Below, one piece after another: positions 61,574 through 64,000 of a DNA stretch of 64,000 nucleotides (position 1 is its first letter; each line of letters opens with the position of its first letter). The notes beneath the pieces were generated by a model. It saw only the letters and a program-made list of their open reading frames with translations, had not been told where the DNA came from and ran no database searches. The stretch is from Promethearchaeia archaeon. Its GTDB lineage: Archaea > Asgardarchaeota > Lokiarchaeia > Sigyniarchaeales > SOKP01. The position numbers and the translations under genes were made by a program. The stretch lies in assembly GCA_046483985.1 (NCBI GenBank), contig JAWOCD010000090.1:32001-96000 (forward strand), read 5' to 3'.

Positions 61574-61620
61574 AGCTTATAAAAAAATAGTAGTTATAAG
61601 CGGACCAACCTTGCAATGGG
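61559..61620 (+). promoter_or_regulatory. Eukaryote-like SECIS element
   Basis: AUGAA (61570-74), helix gcuuauaa/uuauaagc around an A-rich 11-nt loop, GGAC (61602-05), lower helix ccc-uuuguagg/ccuugcaa-uggg. Confidence 0.8.
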
Positions 61621-61687
61621 TGGGAGTGTAAAAATTTACATTTAAAATAATGGATTTATCAAGACAAAGGAAATAAGGAAAAGATAT

Positions 61688-63187
61688 ATGGTTCAAAAAA
61701 TAGAAAAAGACGTATTTTCGGATTTTTCTTCAAAAGAATTAATGGATGCAACTTATTGGGCTGCCCAAAACTTCCAAATTAGGGGTTTTTATGAAGCAAA
61801 GGAAGACATTCTTAAATGCGGCAAGTTTTCTGAAGAGCAATTCTTTGAGATTTTTGATACAATGGTTGATGCCGAAACTGAGCGGAAGATCATCTTGGCA
61901 CGATTGCGGAAATTTAATGATTTACTTTCTCTGAACCAGATTGTTGATCGGTTTCCGGAATTTCCACGGGAACAAGTGATTCGCAATGTGATCTATCTAA
62001 AAGAACAAGGATTTATAGAAGAGATTGAAGAAATCAAAACCAAAAAGATTATGAAAAAAGTAAAAGGTGAGGAGAAGGAAATAGAGTCAAAGCAATACTT
62101 CTATAAATATCAACCAAAAAGTCTTTCCGACGATCATTACGAGCATTACTTTACCCCCGTTTCACTGATATATGAAGCCGGCGTCTGCTCTAATTGTGGC
62201 TGGTGTTCTTCTATTTGTCCGGTCGATGCCGTTAAGATGGATCCTGAGACTCTAGAGATAGATGATGATTTATGCATTAAATGCGGCTTGTGTTATTCAG
62301 TCTGTCCCCGATCCTTTTCTATCGACCGAGTGTATGAGAATATAGCACATTTGGATTCAGCCATCACATTTTCGGAAAAAGTCGGAGCCTATTTAAATAT
62401 GTATTCTGGAACCACATCTAAAAAGCAAATTAAAGAGGTTCGACAGGACGGCGGGATTGTTACCTCGCTATTTGCATATTTATTGGAGGAAGACTTAGTA
62501 GATGCCATTATTGCGGTTCAGCACTCAAATGATCCTTGGCGACCCGAACCCGTTATCGTGGAGACTATCTCAAATCTCTATAAAACAGCAGGCACGAAAT
62601 ATGCAAACGCGCCAGTATTAAGCATTATTGATGCAGCTCAAGAGTATGAAAGGATTGCTATAGTGGGTGTTCCGTGTATGGTAAAAGCTCTCTATAAAGG
62701 TGCGCTTTACCCCATGGGATCACCCTTTTTTAAGAACATAAAATATATCATCGGGCTCTTTTGTATGGAATCCTTTTCCTATGCAGCGATTGTTGATTTA
62801 ATACAAGAAAAATTCGACCAAGACATCAGCCAACTGACGAAGATGAATATCGATAAGGGAAAATTCATAATAAATTTACAATCTGGAGAGCAAATGACAG
62901 TTCCCTTAAAAGAAATCAATTCTTATGCACGGGACCAATGTCATTTCTGCGAGGATCTTACTTCCGAATACGCCGACATCTCAGTAGGCTCAATCGGATC
63001 TCCGGGGGGAAGATCGACGGTAATTACCAGAACCGAGAATGGAGAAGACATCTATCAAGGTGCCATAAGCAAGGGATACATTGATTCAAAACCAATAGAT
63101 AAGGTTAAACCTGGTCAATTTCTTGTAGAAAAAATCGCGGGTATAAAACGAAAGAAATGTAAAACGATTAATTTAACAAAAAACTAG
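61688..63187 (+). CDS. FrhB-family protein with N-terminal helical/wHTH domain and 2x[4Fe-4S]
   Basis: CSNCGWCSSICP, QDGGIVT, AGTKY, VGVPC, GLFCMESF, DISVGSIGS. Confidence 0.9.
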   Translation: MVQKIEKDVFSDFSSKELMDATYWAAQNFQIRGFYEAKEDILKCGKFSEEQFFEIFDTMVDAETERKIILARLRKFNDLLSLNQIVDRFPEFPREQVIRNVIYLKEQGFIEEIEEIKTKKIMKKVKGEEKEIESKQYFYKYQPKSLSDDHYEHYFTPVSLIYEAGVCSNCGWCSSICPVDAVKMDPETLEIDDDLCIKCGLCYSVCPRSFSIDRVYENIAHLDSAITFSEKVGAYLNMYSGTTSKKQIKEVRQDGGIVTSLFAYLLEEDLVDAIIAVQHSNDPWRPEPVIVETISNLYKTAGTKYANAPVLSIIDAAQEYERIAIVGVPCMVKALYKGALYPMGSPFFKNIKYIIGLFCMESFSYAAIVDLIQEKFDQDISQLTKMNIDKGKFIINLQSGEQMTVPLKEINSYARDQCHFCEDLTSEYADISVGSIGSPGGRSTVITRTENGEDIYQGAISKGYIDSKPIDKVKPGQFLVEKIAGIKRKKCKTINLTKN

Positions 63188-63201
63188 AAAGGGTTTTGAA
63201 T

Positions 63202-64000
63202 ATGGTTAAAACTTTTGAGGATCTAATCCATGAGGTTCATGAAAAAAATATTTGTCAACAATGTGGAGGCTGTGTAAGTTTCTGCAGCTCGGCAGAATTT
63301 GATGTTATCGGTTTCAAAGACCCATTTGAGCCCCCAGAATATATAAATGAAGATCAATGCCTTGAATGCGGGATATGTTATTATATCTGCCCTCAAACCC
63401 ACGTATTGGATTCCGAATTAAATCAAGCATTTAATTTCTCTGGCTATGATTCCATGCTAATCGGTTCCTATAAAGATGTATATTCATGTCAAGCAACAGA
63501 TAAAAAATTCCTTAGTCATGGAACAGATGGGGGGGTGGTAAATTCCGTCATAAATTACTTGATTGAAAAGAAGAATATAGATGGAGCTATTGTTTCCAAA
63601 ACAAAATCTCCGTTTTCACGAGAAGCAACTTTTGCCTCTTCTAAAGAAACCTTACTTAATGCCTCGGGTGCTCAATTTAACATTTCTCCTCATTTAAATG
63701 AGATTCAAAAATTCAGTACATATCCTCATACTATTCCCGAATTAAACCATTATAAGTTTAAAAAATTAGCAGTGGTAGGCACACCGTGCCAGTTATATAC
63801 CATTAGATGTATGCAAGAATTAGGCGTAACCCCTTCAGAAAATATTGGAATCTGTTTGGGGTTATTTTGTTACGAAAATTTTTGTTTTGATAAGTCCCAG
63901 ATTGAAAAATTTGAGAGAGATTTCAATATCGAGTATGAGGATATTGAAAAAATTAATATCAAGAAAGATGTTGTGTTTAAACTTAAAGATGAGGGACAAG
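63202..64000 (+). CDS. Second FrhB-family protein (3' end runs off window)
   Basis: Manual translation: MVKTFEDL...CQQCGGCVSFC...CLECGICYYICP...GTDGGVV...VGTPC...GLFCYENF. Confidence 0.9.
   Translation, partial: MVKTFEDLIHEVHEKNICQQCGGCVSFCSSAEFDVIGFKDPFEPPEYINEDQCLECGICYYICPQTHVLDSELNQAFNFSGYDSMLIGSYKDVYSCQATDKKFLSHGTDGGVVNSVINYLIEKKNIDGAIVSKTKSPFSREATFASSKETLLNASGAQFNISPHLNEIQKFSTYPHTIPELNHYKFKKLAVVGTPCQLYTIRCMQELGVTPSENIGICLGLFCYENFCFDKSQIEKFERDFNIEYEDIEKINIKKDVVFKLKDEGQ

Overview
AT-rich archaeal chromosomal segment, most likely Asgard (Lokiarchaeia-like). This is inferred from a Loki-CTERM-type anchor, Rab- and Rag-like GTPases, arrestin-, PCI- and V4R-like proteins, archaeal uL16/Cdc6/XerA, and UGA-recoded HdrA/MvhD with a eukaryote-style SECIS. 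Housekeeping and metabolic genes: purA (partial), cdc6, xerA, trxB, a CoA-transferase pair, hppA, RNase P RNA (not in the ORF track), dnaJ-dnaK with divergent grpE, a B12 acyl-CoA mutase cluster with isobutyryl-CoA-mutase signature residues, rpl10e, and an hdrA-mvhD-frhB-frhB cluster carrying five in-frame UGA codons. IS200/IS605/TnpB remnants are scattered through the intergenic regions. Best candidates for undescribed biology: (1) a SECIS whose AUGA core is the mvhD stop codon and which may serve both selenoprotein genes; (2) an FrhB - Rag GTPase - arrestin-like trio in which the two flanking proteins share a C-terminal Ig-like domain; (3) a Rab-like GTPase coupled to a Walker-A-dead KaiC-V4R fusion; (4) a surface protein with a GPS-like HFS motif paired with a paralogous membrane-bound transcription factor. 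All family calls come from motif recognition by eye; no database search was run.
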